Assembly: GCA_965232515.1 (NCBI GenBank)
Contig: CBDDPY010000002.1
Span: forward strand, 1 to 64,000
Direction of reading: 5' to 3'
Length of the DNA: 64,000 nucleotides
Source: Alphaproteobacteria bacterium
Lineage (GTDB): Bacteria; Pseudomonadota; Alphaproteobacteria; GCA-2731375
In this document: piece after piece, positions 20,763 to 30,882 of the stretch
How the letters are laid out: each line of letters opens with the position of its first letter
Numbering within the stretch: position 1 is the first letter of the stretch
Translations under genes and position numbers: made by a program
The notes under the pieces: generated by a model
What the model was told of the DNA's origin: nothing
Databases searched by the model: none
The model's input: the letters and a program-made list of their open reading frames with translations, nothing else

Positions 20763-21089
20763 TTACTCGTCCGCGTCGTCCGCCGCCGGCTTGCGCCGGA
20801 CCGGCTTGGCGTAGGTGTCCTCGATCTGCCGCATATGGCCATGGTCGTAGCTCGTCAGCTTCAGCTTCCGGGCCCGCCTGTCGGCCCAATCGTCATCGAC
20901 GCTGCCACTCTTCACGTAGAGGAAATGCACCGCCAATGCCGCACCCCAGACGAACAGGGGCCAGAAAGACCACCATCCGTGGCCGGTCAGGGCATTGACC
21001 AGGATCAAGGCCGCGGCGCCCACCAGGTAGGCCCGGACATGCCAGGGCAGGGCTCCGGCTAGGCGTTCATAGGTCGGCAGAGGCATCAC
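20763..21089 (-). CDS. 2TM-domain small membrane protein
   Basis: WHVRAY...INALT..WWSFWPLFVWGAALAVH pattern. Confidence 0.75.
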   Translation of the reverse strand: MMPLPTYERLAGALPWHVRAYLVGAAALILVNALTGHGWWSFWPLFVWGAALAVHFLYVKSGSVDDDWADRRARKLKLTSYDHGHMRQIEDTYAKPVRRKPAADDADE

Positions 21090-21868
21090 ACGACCGGCGA
21101 CTGCCCGCCGTCGATATTAATTGCGGTGCCGGTCAGGTAGGAGGCGGCGTCGGACGCCAGGAAGCAGGCCAGGTTGGCGAATTCGGCGGCCTCGCCGATG
21201 CGGCCCAGCGGCACCGATTTGCCGGTCTCGACCAGATAGTCCTCGAACGACAGATCGGGCCGGGTCTGCTGATGCAGCCGGTGGCGCTGGTCCGAGACGA
21301 ACGAGCCGGTGCAGAGCGCGTTCACCAGCACGTTGTGCGGCGCGCCCTCGTTCGCCAGCACCTTGGTCAGCGCCATGCCGGCGGCGCGCGACACGCTGGT
21401 CGGCGCGCTGCCGCCGCGCGGCGCCTTGGCGCCGGTGTTCAGCACGTTCAGGATGCGGCCCCAGCGGCGCTCGATCATGCCGGGCAGGGCCAGCCGCGCG
21501 AAACGGATGGCGGCGAACAGCTTCAGGTCCAGATCCGCTTGCCAGGTCTCGTCGGTGATCTCGAGAAAGCGGCCGGTCTGCGAGGTCCCGGCATTGTTCA
21601 CCAGGATGTCGATCTGACCGAAGTCGCCAACGGTCTGCTCGAACGTGCGCGCGATTTCGCCGGCGTCGCTGACGTCGCAAACATAGGTCCGGATCTCGGC
21701 ATCAACGGTTGCGGCGATCTCGGCTCGGGCCGCCTCCAGCACGTCGGCGCGGCGCGCCAGCATGGCGATGCCGGCGCCGGCCTCGGCGAACTGCGCCGCC
21801 ATGGCCTTGCCCAGGCCCAGGCTGGCGCCGGTGATCAGCGCGGTTCTGCCATCCAGGCGAACGTCCAT
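21086..21868 (-). CDS. SDR family oxidoreductase
   Basis: TGASLGLG, NNAG, PLGRIG, IDGG; the catalytic YxxxK is replaced by TSVSR (atypical subgroup). Confidence 0.9.
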   Translation of the reverse strand: MDVRLDGRTALITGASLGLGKAMAAQFAEAGAGIAMLARRADVLEAARAEIAATVDAEIRTYVCDVSDAGEIARTFEQTVGDFGQIDILVNNAGTSQTGRFLEITDETWQADLDLKLFAAIRFARLALPGMIERRWGRILNVLNTGAKAPRGGSAPTSVSRAAGMALTKVLANEGAPHNVLVNALCTGSFVSDQRHRLHQQTRPDLSFEDYLVETGKSVPLGRIGEAAEFANLACFLASDAASYLTGTAINIDGGQSPVV

Positions 21869-21897
21869 GTCCGGTCTCCGTCTTGTGTTGGTTCGTT

Positions 21898-22758
21898 TCA
21901 GACCGGCCGGTCGCCGGCGGCGGTGGTGCGATGCATCAGCCGGAACATGCTCTCGTCATAGTCCATGACCGCGTAGTGCATGGCGCAGCGATTGTCCCAC
22001 ATCAGCACGTCGCCTTTGCGCCAGCGGTGCCGGTAGACGTTTTCCGGCCGCACGGCCTCGGCGCAGAGATAATCCAGCAACGGCCGGCTCTCGTCGTCGC
22101 GCATGCCGCTGAAGCGTCGCGTGAAATAGGGGTTCACATAGAGCGCCTTGCGGCCGCTTTCGGGATGGGTGCGGACCACGGGGTGGGTCACCGCCGGCGG
22201 CACCTCGGGTATCGGCAGGCCGTTGTTGCCGGGGTCGCGGTTCCGCTCGGCCAGCCGTTCGGCCGAGTGCTCCGCCGTCAGACCGTCCAACATCCGGCGG
22301 AAGGCCGGCGAATGGGACTCGTAGGCCGCGTACATATTGCAGAACATGGTATCGCCGTAGCCCTCCGGCACCTCGACCGCGCGCAACACCGATCCGAGCG
22401 GCGGCTCGGTGCCGAACGAGATGTCGGAATGCCAGAAATCGTTGCGGGCGCCGGGCAGGCCGGACCGGTTTTCCAGCACCAGGATTTCCGGATGCTCCTC
22501 GAGGCCACGGCGGCTGTGCAGCGGGTGCGGCTCGACCGGGCCGAAGCGGCGGGTGAAGGCGATCTGCTGGTCCGGTGCGATGTCCTGATCCCGGAACAGC
22601 AGCACGATATGGTCGAGAAACGCCGCGCGCACCGCCGCGAAGGCGGCGTCGTCCAGCGGCTGCGACAGGTCGAACCCGACCACCTCGGCGCCCAGCGCGC
22701 CCGACAGCGGCCGCAACTCCAGCCGCGGTTCCGAATGGACGTGTGTCGTCAGCGTCAT
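21898..22758 (-). CDS. TauD/TfdA family Fe(II)/2-oxoglutarate dioxygenase
   Basis: WHSD (HxD), GDTMF, HPVVRTHPESG, WDNRCAMH, R in HRTT. Confidence 0.92.
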   Translation of the reverse strand: MTLTTHVHSEPRLELRPLSGALGAEVVGFDLSQPLDDAAFAAVRAAFLDHIVLLFRDQDIAPDQQIAFTRRFGPVEPHPLHSRRGLEEHPEILVLENRSGLPGARNDFWHSDISFGTEPPLGSVLRAVEVPEGYGDTMFCNMYAAYESHSPAFRRMLDGLTAEHSAERLAERNRDPGNNGLPIPEVPPAVTHPVVRTHPESGRKALYVNPYFTRRFSGMRDDESRPLLDYLCAEAVRPENVYRHRWRKGDVLMWDNRCAMHYAVMDYDESMFRLMHRTTAAGDRPV

Positions 22759-22925
22759 GCCGTCCTCCCTTGCACCCGATCTTTATATCAGGCTTGCCGC
22801 CGCACAGGACGCCGATCTGGTCTGAAAAACGCTGGCCAACGACGCTGGCATTCCGTAGCGTGACATCTGAACCAAGCACGAAGCGTTAAAGCGCTCACTG
22901 AAGGTTAACAGGGGAGGACCTTGTA

Positions 22926-24167
22926 ATGTCTGGAAAATCTGTCTCTGTCGTATCGCTGATCGGGGGCACCGCGCTGGCCTTGACATTGGTCGCCGGCGCG
23001 CAGGCGAAGGTCGAGGGCGACACCATCGTTTTGGGCTCGGCGATCTCGCTGACCGGCAAGTATTCGACCAACGGCATCCACGCCCAGCGCGGCTACGATA
23101 TCGCCGTCAAACGGATCAACGAGATGGGCGGCGTCAAGGTTGGCGGCAAGTCCTACAAGCTGAAGGTCGTCTACTACGACGACGAGTCGACGCCCGCCCG
23201 CGGCGCGCAGCTCGCCGAGCGGCTGATCAAGCAGGACGGCGTGCAATACATGCTCGGCCCGTACAGCTCCGGCCTGACCAAGGCCGTGGCGCCGGTGACC
23301 GAGAAATACAAGATCCCGATGGTCGAGGCCGAAGGCGCCTCGCGTTCGCTGTTCACGCAGGGCTACAAGTATCTGTTCGCGGTGCTGTCGACATCAGAGC
23401 AGTATCTCGCCAGCTCGATCACGCTCGCGGCCGAGATGGCCGAGAAGAACGGCAAGAAGCCGTCCGACGTGAAGCTCGCCATGGCCTTCGAGAACGATCC
23501 GTTCTCGCTCGACGTGCGGGCCGGCGTGATGGATGACGCCAAGAAGTACGGCATGAAGGTCGTCATCGACGACAAGCTGCCGCGCGATTTGAGCGACATG
23601 TCGGCGACGCTCACGAAGGTGAAGGCCGTGAAGCCTGATATCCTCGTGGTCTCCGGCCATTCCAAGGGCGCGGCGACGGCGGCACGGCAGATCAAGGAGA
23701 TGCAGATTGACGTGCCGATGATCGCCGTCACGCACTGCGAGTCGGCCGCCATCATCGAAAAATTCGGCAAGGCCACCGAAGGCATCCTCTGCCCGACGCA
23801 GTGGGCCGAGACCTTGAGCTATACCGGCAAATACTTCGGCTCGGCGGCCGAATACGACAACACCTTCAAGACCGAGCATCCGGACTATCAGAACGTGCCG
23901 TACCAGGCCGCCCAGGCCTCGGCCGCGGTGCTTGTCTGGAAGGAGGCCTTCGAGCGGGCGAACTCGTTCGATACCGAGAAACTGCGCGACGCCATCTCCG
24001 CGACCGAGATGACGACGTTCTACGGCAACATCAGGTTCGATGACACCGGCAAGAACATCGCCAAGCCGATGGTGCTGCGGCAGATCCAGGGCGGCGCGTT
24101 GAACGTGGTGGCGCCGACCAAGTGGGCGTCCTCTGACCTCGTCCATCCGCGCGAGGCGATGTACTGA
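22926..24167 (+). CDS. Liv-type ABC transporter substrate-binding protein
   Basis: Signal peptide, SLTGKYS, YYDDES, LGPYSSG; GGGGAGG RBS. Confidence 0.92.
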   Translation: MSGKSVSVVSLIGGTALALTLVAGAQAKVEGDTIVLGSAISLTGKYSTNGIHAQRGYDIAVKRINEMGGVKVGGKSYKLKVVYYDDESTPARGAQLAERLIKQDGVQYMLGPYSSGLTKAVAPVTEKYKIPMVEAEGASRSLFTQGYKYLFAVLSTSEQYLASSITLAAEMAEKNGKKPSDVKLAMAFENDPFSLDVRAGVMDDAKKYGMKVVIDDKLPRDLSDMSATLTKVKAVKPDILVVSGHSKGAATAARQIKEMQIDVPMIAVTHCESAAIIEKFGKATEGILCPTQWAETLSYTGKYFGSAAEYDNTFKTEHPDYQNVPYQAAQASAAVLVWKEAFERANSFDTEKLRDAISATEMTTFYGNIRFDDTGKNIAKPMVLRQIQGGALNVVAPTKWASSDLVHPREAMY

Positions 24168-24271
24168 CCGGACCGCGCTTGCGGCCCGACCGATGACGCG
24201 TCTGTCCGCTGCCGTTTCCAAACGGGAGCGGACGCCGCGCGCATCTGCATCCCTGCCACGGGGCTCGTTGC

Positions 24272-25174
24272 ATGCTCGATAATCTCGGTCTGCTCGGCAT
24301 GGCGCCGATCCTGAACCTGCAGCTTCTGCTGGACGGCCTCTTCATCGGCGCCACCTTCGCGCTTTCCGCCTACGGGCTGGCGCTGGTTTGGGGCGTGATG
24401 AACGTGAAGAACCTGGCCCAGGGCGATTTCGTCATCATGGGCGGTTACATCGCCTATGTCGCCTCGACGCTCGGTATCCATCCGATCCTCGGCCTGCCCA
24501 TCGCCGTCGTCGTCATGTTCGGCTTCGGCTGGGCGCTCTATCGCCTGATCATCGCTCGGGTCGTCGACCGCGACCTGTTCACCTCGCTGCTCGCCACCTT
24601 CGGCGTCGCCATCGTGGTCCAGCAATCGCTGAACCTGATCTTCGGCCCCGATGTGCAGACGGCCGAGTCTGGCTTCGCCATCCGCTCGCATTTCGACGGC
24701 AGCGTCACCGTCGCCGATATCAAGCTGATCTCGTTCCTGCTGGCCGCCGCGCTCGCGGCTGTCGTCATTGTCTTCATGCGCTACAGCCGCATGGGCCAGG
24801 CGATCCGCGCGACATCGCAGAATGCGCGGGCCGCCAAGGTCATGGGCATCGACACCGACCGTGTCTATGCCTTCACCTTCGCGCTGAACGCGGCGATCTG
24901 CGGTGCGGCTGGCGTGCTGATCTCGATGATCTGGGTGATCCAGCCGTTCTTCGGCATCACCCATTCGATCCGCTCCTTCGTCATCGTCACGGCGGCCGGC
25001 TTCGGCAACCTGCCGGGCGTGATCATTTCCGGCCTCGGCCTCGGCGTCGCCGAGCAGTTCGGCTCCTTCATCCTCGGCGCCGAGTTTCAGCAGGCGACCG
25101 TCGTCGGCCTGCTGGTCCTGGTCCTGATCTGGCGCCAGATCGAGGAGGGCCGGCGGCGGCAGGTGGTGCGATGA
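24272..25174 (+). CDS. Liv-type ABC permease (LivH-like)
   Basis: GLALVWGVMNVKNLAQGDF, GQAIRATSQN, GFGNLPG. Confidence 0.92.
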   Translation: MLDNLGLLGMAPILNLQLLLDGLFIGATFALSAYGLALVWGVMNVKNLAQGDFVIMGGYIAYVASTLGIHPILGLPIAVVVMFGFGWALYRLIIARVVDRDLFTSLLATFGVAIVVQQSLNLIFGPDVQTAESGFAIRSHFDGSVTVADIKLISFLLAAALAAVVIVFMRYSRMGQAIRATSQNARAAKVMGIDTDRVYAFTFALNAAICGAAGVLISMIWVIQPFFGITHSIRSFVIVTAAGFGNLPGVIISGLGLGVAEQFGSFILGAEFQQATVVGLLVLVLIWRQIEEGRRRQVVR

Positions 25175-26256
25175 CCATGACCAAGTCCGTGACCCCGAAA
25201 CAGATCGGTCTTTACGGCGGCATCCTCGCCGCCGGTGTCATCGCGCCCTTCGCCTTTCCCGACTACACGTTCCAGGTCTCCGTGCTCTGGCTGATGATCG
25301 TCTTCGCGCTCACGTGGGACATCATGGGCGGGCAGATGGGCTACAACTCGCTCGGCAACATCTTCTTCTTCGGCGCCGGCATGTATGTCTGCACCATCGT
25401 GCAGATCGGCCTGTTCTACGACGTCGCCGAATACACCGCGCACTTTGGCGCCGTGCGCGTGGACTTCACGGCCGACCAATATTTCACCGGCATGACCGTC
25501 GGCCTGATCGCCGCGGCGTTTGCCTCGCTGGTGCTCGCCATCGGTTTCGGCTGGATCGTCTTCGGCCTGCGCGGGCCGTATTTCGCCATCGGCACGCTCG
25601 GCGTCGCCATCGCCGCGGGCGAGCTGGTCGGCGCCTGGGACTATGTCGGCGGCGGTGGTGGCGTCTCGCTGCCGAACTATCCGGGCGAGCCCGACGACCG
25701 CGCCTTCTTCTTCTATGTGCTCTGCTTCGGCCTGGCGATCGCCACCTTCGCCTTCCTGAAGTGGCTCTATGGCACCCGCTTCGGCCTCGCCATCAACGCC
25801 ATCCGCGACGACGAGGAAAAGGCCGAGGCCATGGGCCTGCGCACCAAGCGCTACAAGACCGTCGCCTGGTCCATCGCCGCCTTCTTCCTCGGCATCTCAG
25901 GCGGTCTGTTCGGCAACATGACCGGTTTCATCGAGCCACTGGAAGTCGCCTTTCCGACCGTCACCTTCGGCATTTTCATGGTGCTGATGGCGCTGTTGGG
26001 CGGTAAGGGCACGCTCTGGGGGCCGGTTCTGGGCGCGACCGTCTTCCACATCGTCAAGGAAGTGACCTGGACCTATCTCTTGGGCTGGCAGTGGGTGGCG
26101 CTCGGCCTGCTGATCATCATCAACGTCGTCTACTTCCAGCAGGGCATCCTCGGCTGGGCGCAGGAGAAGTGGCCCGAACGCTTCGGCATCACCGTCGACG
26201 AGGACATGTCGGCCGAGAGCCCTGGCCGGCGGGCCCGGGCGGAGGCGGCGGAATGA
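25171..26256 (+). CDS. Liv-type ABC permease (LivM-like)
   Basis: GQMGYNSLG, LRGPYFAIGT, AIRDDEEKAEAMG, GGKGTLWGP; ATGA overlap. Confidence 0.92.
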   Translation: MTMTKSVTPKQIGLYGGILAAGVIAPFAFPDYTFQVSVLWLMIVFALTWDIMGGQMGYNSLGNIFFFGAGMYVCTIVQIGLFYDVAEYTAHFGAVRVDFTADQYFTGMTVGLIAAAFASLVLAIGFGWIVFGLRGPYFAIGTLGVAIAAGELVGAWDYVGGGGGVSLPNYPGEPDDRAFFFYVLCFGLAIATFAFLKWLYGTRFGLAINAIRDDEEKAEAMGLRTKRYKTVAWSIAAFFLGISGGLFGNMTGFIEPLEVAFPTVTFGIFMVLMALLGGKGTLWGPVLGATVFHIVKEVTWTYLLGWQWVALGLLIIINVVYFQQGILGWAQEKWPERFGITVDEDMSAESPGRRARAEAAE

Positions 26257-26996
26257 GCCCCCAGATCGAGGTCCAGGGCGTCAGCAAGGCCTTCGGCGGC
26301 GTCGTCGCCAACCGCGACATCAGCCTCGAGGTGCCCGAGGGCCGCATCACCGGCCTGATCGGTCCGAACGGTTCCGGCAAGACCACGCTGTTCAATTCGA
26401 TCGTCGGCTTCCATCCCATCGATGCCGGCTCGATCCGTTTCGAGGGCCAGGAGATTTCCAAGCTGCGGGTGCAGCAGATCGCACGCCTCGGCCTGCTGCG
26501 CACGTTCCAGCAGACGCGGATCTACGCCAAGATGAACTGCGTGCAGAACATGCTGATCTCGACGCCCCACCGGGCCGAGCGCTTCGGCACGATGTTCACG
26601 AAGCATCCGCCGGAGCTGACGGAACGGGCCGAGGAGCTGCTGGAATTCGTCGGCCTCTACCAGAAGCGCAACCTGATCTCGGGTGATCTTTCGTTTGGCC
26701 AGCAGAAGCTGCTCGAGTTCGCTATGGCGCTCATGAACGAGCCCAAGGTGCTGCTGCTCGACGAGCCCACGGCCGGCATCAACCCGACGCTGATCAACGG
26801 CCTGATCGACCGTCTGAAACGCGCCAACAGCGACCTCGGCATCACGCTCTTTGTCATCGAGCACAACATGCGCGTGATCATGAATCTGGCCGAGCACATC
26901 TATTGCCTGGCCCATGGCGAGATGCTGGCCGACGGCGCACCGGACGACCTGCGCAACGATCAGCGCGTCATCGACGCCTATCTGGGGGCGCACTGA
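26253..26996 (+). CDS. Liv-type ABC ATPase (LivG-like)
   Basis: GPNGSGKTT, LSFGQQK, LLLDEP, IEH, AYLG. Confidence 0.93.
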   Translation: MSPQIEVQGVSKAFGGVVANRDISLEVPEGRITGLIGPNGSGKTTLFNSIVGFHPIDAGSIRFEGQEISKLRVQQIARLGLLRTFQQTRIYAKMNCVQNMLISTPHRAERFGTMFTKHPPELTERAEELLEFVGLYQKRNLISGDLSFGQQKLLEFAMALMNEPKVLLLDEPTAGINPTLINGLIDRLKRANSDLGITLFVIEHNMRVIMNLAEHIYCLAHGEMLADGAPDDLRNDQRVIDAYLGAH

Positions 26997-27874
26997 TGGC
27001 GGGCGAGCGCCAGGAACCCGGCACGCGCGGCTACGGCCTGGGCGACGTCAGCACGGTCATCTCGGTCGAGGACGTGGTCCGCGAGGCCGAGCGCATCGCC
27101 GCCGAGGGCCCCAGCCTCGAACGTATCGCTGCGCTCGCCCACAACGATCCGTTCCTGACCATCGACGGTCTTTGCGCCGGCTACGGCAAGATGGAGATCC
27201 TGCACGACCTCAATCTGCAGGTCGCCAGGGGCCAGTCGCTCTGCATGATCGGGCCGAACGGCGCCGGCAAGTCGACCGTGCTGCATTCGATCTTCGGCTT
27301 CACCAACATCTTCGACGGCAGCATCACCACCGGCGGCCGCGACAATCCGCACGACGTCACCGCGCTGAGCTCCAGCGACAAGCTGCGCCACGCCGGCATC
27401 GCCTACATCCTGCAGGACAATTCGGTGTTCCCGAACATGACGGTCGAGGAGAACCTGCTGATGGGCGGCTACCTGAAGGAAACGCCGGCCGCCGCCAAGG
27501 AAGCCGCCGAGCGGGTGTTCGAAAAATACATCCGCCTCGCCGAACGCCGCGACAAGCCGGCGCGCGTGCTCTCGGGCGGCGAGCGGCGCCTGCTGGAAAT
27601 CTCCCGGGCGCTGGTCATGGAGCCCGACGTGCTGCTGGTCGACGAGCCGTCCATCGGCCTCGAGCCCCGCTTCATCGACATGGTCTTCGAGATCCTCGAC
27701 GACCTGCAGCACGCCGAGGGCAAGACCATCCTGATGGTCGAGCAGAACGCCAAGAAGGGCCTCGAATTCGCCGACATCGGCTACGTCCTCGTCTCCGGCC
27801 AGGTCGCGCTCGCCGGCCCCGGCCCCGAACTCCTCGAAAACCCCGACGTCGGCCGCCTGTTCCTGGGCGGCTAG
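26996..27874 (+). CDS. Liv-type ABC ATPase (LivF-like) with N-terminal extension
   Basis: GPNGAGKST, LSGGERR, VDEPS, VEQN; the TAG stop coincides with the MITE insertion site. Confidence 0.92.
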   Translation: MAGERQEPGTRGYGLGDVSTVISVEDVVREAERIAAEGPSLERIAALAHNDPFLTIDGLCAGYGKMEILHDLNLQVARGQSLCMIGPNGAGKSTVLHSIFGFTNIFDGSITTGGRDNPHDVTALSSSDKLRHAGIAYILQDNSVFPNMTVEENLLMGGYLKETPAAAKEAAERVFEKYIRLAERRDKPARVLSGGERRLLEISRALVMEPDVLLVDEPSIGLEPRFIDMVFEILDDLQHAEGKTILMVEQNAKKGLEFADIGYVLVSGQVALAGPGPELLENPDVGRLFLGG

Positions 27875-28138
27875 CCCGCATTTCTCAAACCCTGCACGGT
27901 CTGCGTCGCGCACAGGCGCCCGATCCGCCAGGAGCGGGCCGAAAAGCGTAGCGGGGACTACGGTTGAGGGCCGCGACGCCGCGGGCGGGCGTCTGCGCGC
28001 GACCCTTCGGGCGGCGCCGTGCTGCCGACAGTGGGCGTCGCGCTGCTTGCCCGATGCCCCACATCGCGCCGCGCAGCGCTCCTGCCCTGTCGGCAGCACG
28101 ACGTCGCGCAGACCATGCAGGGTTTGAGAAATGCGGGC
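27874..28138. mobile_element. 265-bp MITE copy 1 (non-autonomous, TA-flanked)
   Basis: ~32-bp terminal inverted repeats GCCCGCATTTCTCAAACCCTGCA(C/T)GGTCTGCG, TA on both sides, no transposase; second copy at 42266..42530. Confidence 0.88.
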
Positions 28139-28146
28139 TAGACCCG

Positions 28147-30744
28147 TCAGGCGGCGTGATCGGCGTTTTCCGGACGGATCACGCGCTCGGCGGGGAACCA
28201 AAGCGTCACCACGCTGCCTTTGCCCAATTCGCTCTCAAGCGTCAGCCCGCCGCCGTGGAGCTCGCACATCGATTTGGCGAGCGGCAGGCCGAGGCCCGTG
28301 CCTTGGGTGTGCCGCGACAGGTGGCTTTCGATTTGCTCGAACGATCCCAGCGCCTTCGGCAGGTCCTCGGCCGCCATGCCGATACCGGTGTCGCTGACGG
28401 CGATCCGCAAGGTGCCGTCGTCGGCGGTCCAGGCGCGAACCGTGACCTCGCCGCCGGGCTCCGTGAACTTGGCGGCGTTGGACAGCAGATTGATCAGGAT
28501 TTGTTTCAACGCCCGCTCGTCGCCGCGCAGGATTGGCAGGTGCCGGGGCAGTTCGATCGACAGCGACAGTTCGCCGTCCCTGAACCGTCCGCTGACAATG
28601 CGCTCGCAGAGATCGACGATCAGGTGGATGTCGATCTCGGACTCGTCGAGCGTGTATTTGCCCGCTTCGATTTTCGCCATGTCCAGAATGTCGTTGATCA
28701 ACGACAGCAGGTGCTGCGCGCTGGTTTCGATGTCATTGCCGTAGATTTTGTAGTTCTCGTGACCCAGCGGCCCGAAGATCTCCTGGTTCAGCATCTGGGA
28801 AAAGCCGATCACCGCGTTCAGCGGCGTGCGCAGTTCATGGCTCATATTGGCCAGAAAGTCCGACTTGGCCTTGTTCGCCGCTTCCGCGTCCGCCTTCGCC
28901 AGGCTCAGGCTTTGCTCGCGCTGCTTCAGCTCACTGACATCGGTGTAGACCGCCACTAGGCCGCCATCGTCGGTTCGGCGTTCGTTGACCTGCAGATGAC
29001 GGCCGTCGTCGAGCTGGAGTTCCAGCCGGCCGGCGGCGTTGGCGCGTTGCGCCTCCAGCGCCGCGAACGGATCGCTTCCGGCCTCCGCGTCGATCACCAG
29101 GCGGCCGTGCGCGGCCATCGCCTGCATCAGCGTTCGATAACTGGGCTCCGACGCCGACAGGTCGAGCGAGCCGCCGACAATGTCGCGGAATTTGCTGTTG
29201 AAGAGCATCAGGCGCTCGTCGGCGTCGAACAGCGCGAAGCCCTCGGACACGCACTCGATCGCCTCGTTCAGCCGGGCCCGGGCCTGTTCGGCGCGGGCTT
29301 CGGCCTGCTTCTGCGTGCTCAAGTCGCGGATCAGCAGCACGAACGTGCTGTCGCCGCCCATGGCCAGCTCGTTGACCAGCACTTCAACCGGAATCAGGCG
29401 GCCATCCCGGCAACGTCCGATGGTCTCCCAGGAACCGCTTCGCCGCTGCGTGACGACAAGGCCCGAGGGCCCGCTGTCGGGCGCCGGCTCCGGCAGCAAC
29501 TCCCGCACGGATTTGCCGACGATCTGGTCGGGCGCATAGCCGAAAATCCGCTCGACGCCGCGGCCGAACGACTGGACGACGCCGGCCGAGTCGACGGTCA
29601 ATACGTCCTCGACGCTGTTCTCCAGCACCTTTCGAATGAAGGCCGTCTGCCGCCCGATCATGATGCCTTGCGAGATCAGGCGCAGGTCCTGCTGCTGGAC
29701 ATGTCGGAACAGCGCATAGGCATAGGATAGCGGCGCGACGAGCGCGGCCGGCACGACGTCCAGCGTTATCGGCGTGGTCATCTGCACGGCGACCGCGACG
29801 AGGTACATGGCGGGCGGCCAGGCGACCACCGCGTAGATGTCCCGGCGCAGGGCGCCGCCGCCGAAATGCGGGCCCAGCAGGACGGCCAGCAGGAATGTCG
29901 CCGTGAGTACCGGCAGGCCGGCGAACCGCCGGAGCGCACGATCCTGGGCCATCGATTCGAATGCCAGCGCCTGAAGCGTGACGCCGGTCAGCCAGCGGTA
30001 GCGCGGCGTGGCGAACTGCTCGCCAAGCTCGTTGGCGGTCGCGCCGATCAGCACGACCCTGCCGGCGACCAGGTTGGCGTCGAACTTGCCGACCAGCACG
30101 TCGACATAGGACAGCCGCGGAATCGTCGTCGGCAGAATGCCGTAGTCGATGCGGAACTCGTCCGGCGGCGCCAATCCGGGATTCAGCAGCGCGGCGGCCA
30201 GCGATGGCACATAGCCGTCGTCGAAATGCTGAAACGCCGTCATGCGGCGGATCAGGCCGTCCGGGTCCGGCTCCAGGTTCACGGATGCCAGCGCGGCATG
30301 GGCGGCCAGCATGGGCACCGGCCCCGTCACGACGACGTCGCTTTGGTCCGGCGTACGCTGATGGATCTGCTTGAAAACCGGCAATACGGCCCGACCGCCG
30401 GCCTGGGCCAGACTCGCCGCAAATGCCGCATCGGACGCGGGGGTCGAATGCGAGCTGAAATTGATGTCGAAGGCGACGCGCTCGGCGCCGGCGGCCATGA
30501 GCCGGTCGAGCACGGCGGCGTGGTAGTCGCGCGGCCAGGGCCAGATGCCGATTTCGCGCAGGCTCGGCGTGTCGATGGAGACCAGCACGAGCTTCCCACT
30601 GGCCTCTCGCTCGACCAGGCGAAAACGGCTGTCCTGTAACTTCAGTTCCAGAAATTCGAACGCGCCCGACGCATATCCCGCGGCGATCAGGAGAAAGATC
30701 GCCAGATGGGGAATCCGACGACGGCAGGCGATCCAGATTCGCAT
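28147..30744 (-). CDS. CHASE2-PAS-PAS sensor histidine kinase (PleC/DivJ-like kinase core)
   Basis: CHASE2 motifs IDTPSL..IG.WPWPR, FDINF, DPDGLIRR, VLIGATA; two PAS-like regions; ANMSHELRTPLNAVIGFS; NLLSNAAKF, DTGIG, GTGLGL. Confidence 0.92.
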   Translation of the reverse strand: MRIWIACRRRIPHLAIFLLIAAGYASGAFEFLELKLQDSRFRLVEREASGKLVLVSIDTPSLREIGIWPWPRDYHAAVLDRLMAAGAERVAFDINFSSHSTPASDAAFAASLAQAGGRAVLPVFKQIHQRTPDQSDVVVTGPVPMLAAHAALASVNLEPDPDGLIRRMTAFQHFDDGYVPSLAAALLNPGLAPPDEFRIDYGILPTTIPRLSYVDVLVGKFDANLVAGRVVLIGATANELGEQFATPRYRWLTGVTLQALAFESMAQDRALRRFAGLPVLTATFLLAVLLGPHFGGGALRRDIYAVVAWPPAMYLVAVAVQMTTPITLDVVPAALVAPLSYAYALFRHVQQQDLRLISQGIMIGRQTAFIRKVLENSVEDVLTVDSAGVVQSFGRGVERIFGYAPDQIVGKSVRELLPEPAPDSGPSGLVVTQRRSGSWETIGRCRDGRLIPVEVLVNELAMGGDSTFVLLIRDLSTQKQAEARAEQARARLNEAIECVSEGFALFDADERLMLFNSKFRDIVGGSLDLSASEPSYRTLMQAMAAHGRLVIDAEAGSDPFAALEAQRANAAGRLELQLDDGRHLQVNERRTDDGGLVAVYTDVSELKQREQSLSLAKADAEAANKAKSDFLANMSHELRTPLNAVIGFSQMLNQEIFGPLGHENYKIYGNDIETSAQHLLSLINDILDMAKIEAGKYTLDESEIDIHLIVDLCERIVSGRFRDGELSLSIELPRHLPILRGDERALKQILINLLSNAAKFTEPGGEVTVRAWTADDGTLRIAVSDTGIGMAAEDLPKALGSFEQIESHLSRHTQGTGLGLPLAKSMCELHGGGLTLESELGKGSVVTLWFPAERVIRPENADHAA

Positions 30745-30882
30745 GTCGCGCTACGCCATGCGTCGCCGCCGTTCGGCCGTCGATCCGCACAGACCGGTCC
30801 TCGGTCGGTCGTAGGCCGCGGTCATGGCGGCAGGGATGCCGCGTTCAACAATTGTACGCGTCGTCTTCATGCGGTGTCGTCG

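Noticed and set aside
22840-22870. Sigma-54 promoter upstream of the ABC operon
   Set aside because: GG-to-GC spacing is 9 nt, not the required 10.
27964-28959. ORFs starting inside the MITE copies (27964..28959, 28131..28397, 42024..42440, 42305..42655) as transposases
   Set aside because: No DDE or HUH motifs; their shared peptides simply reflect the repeated DNA.
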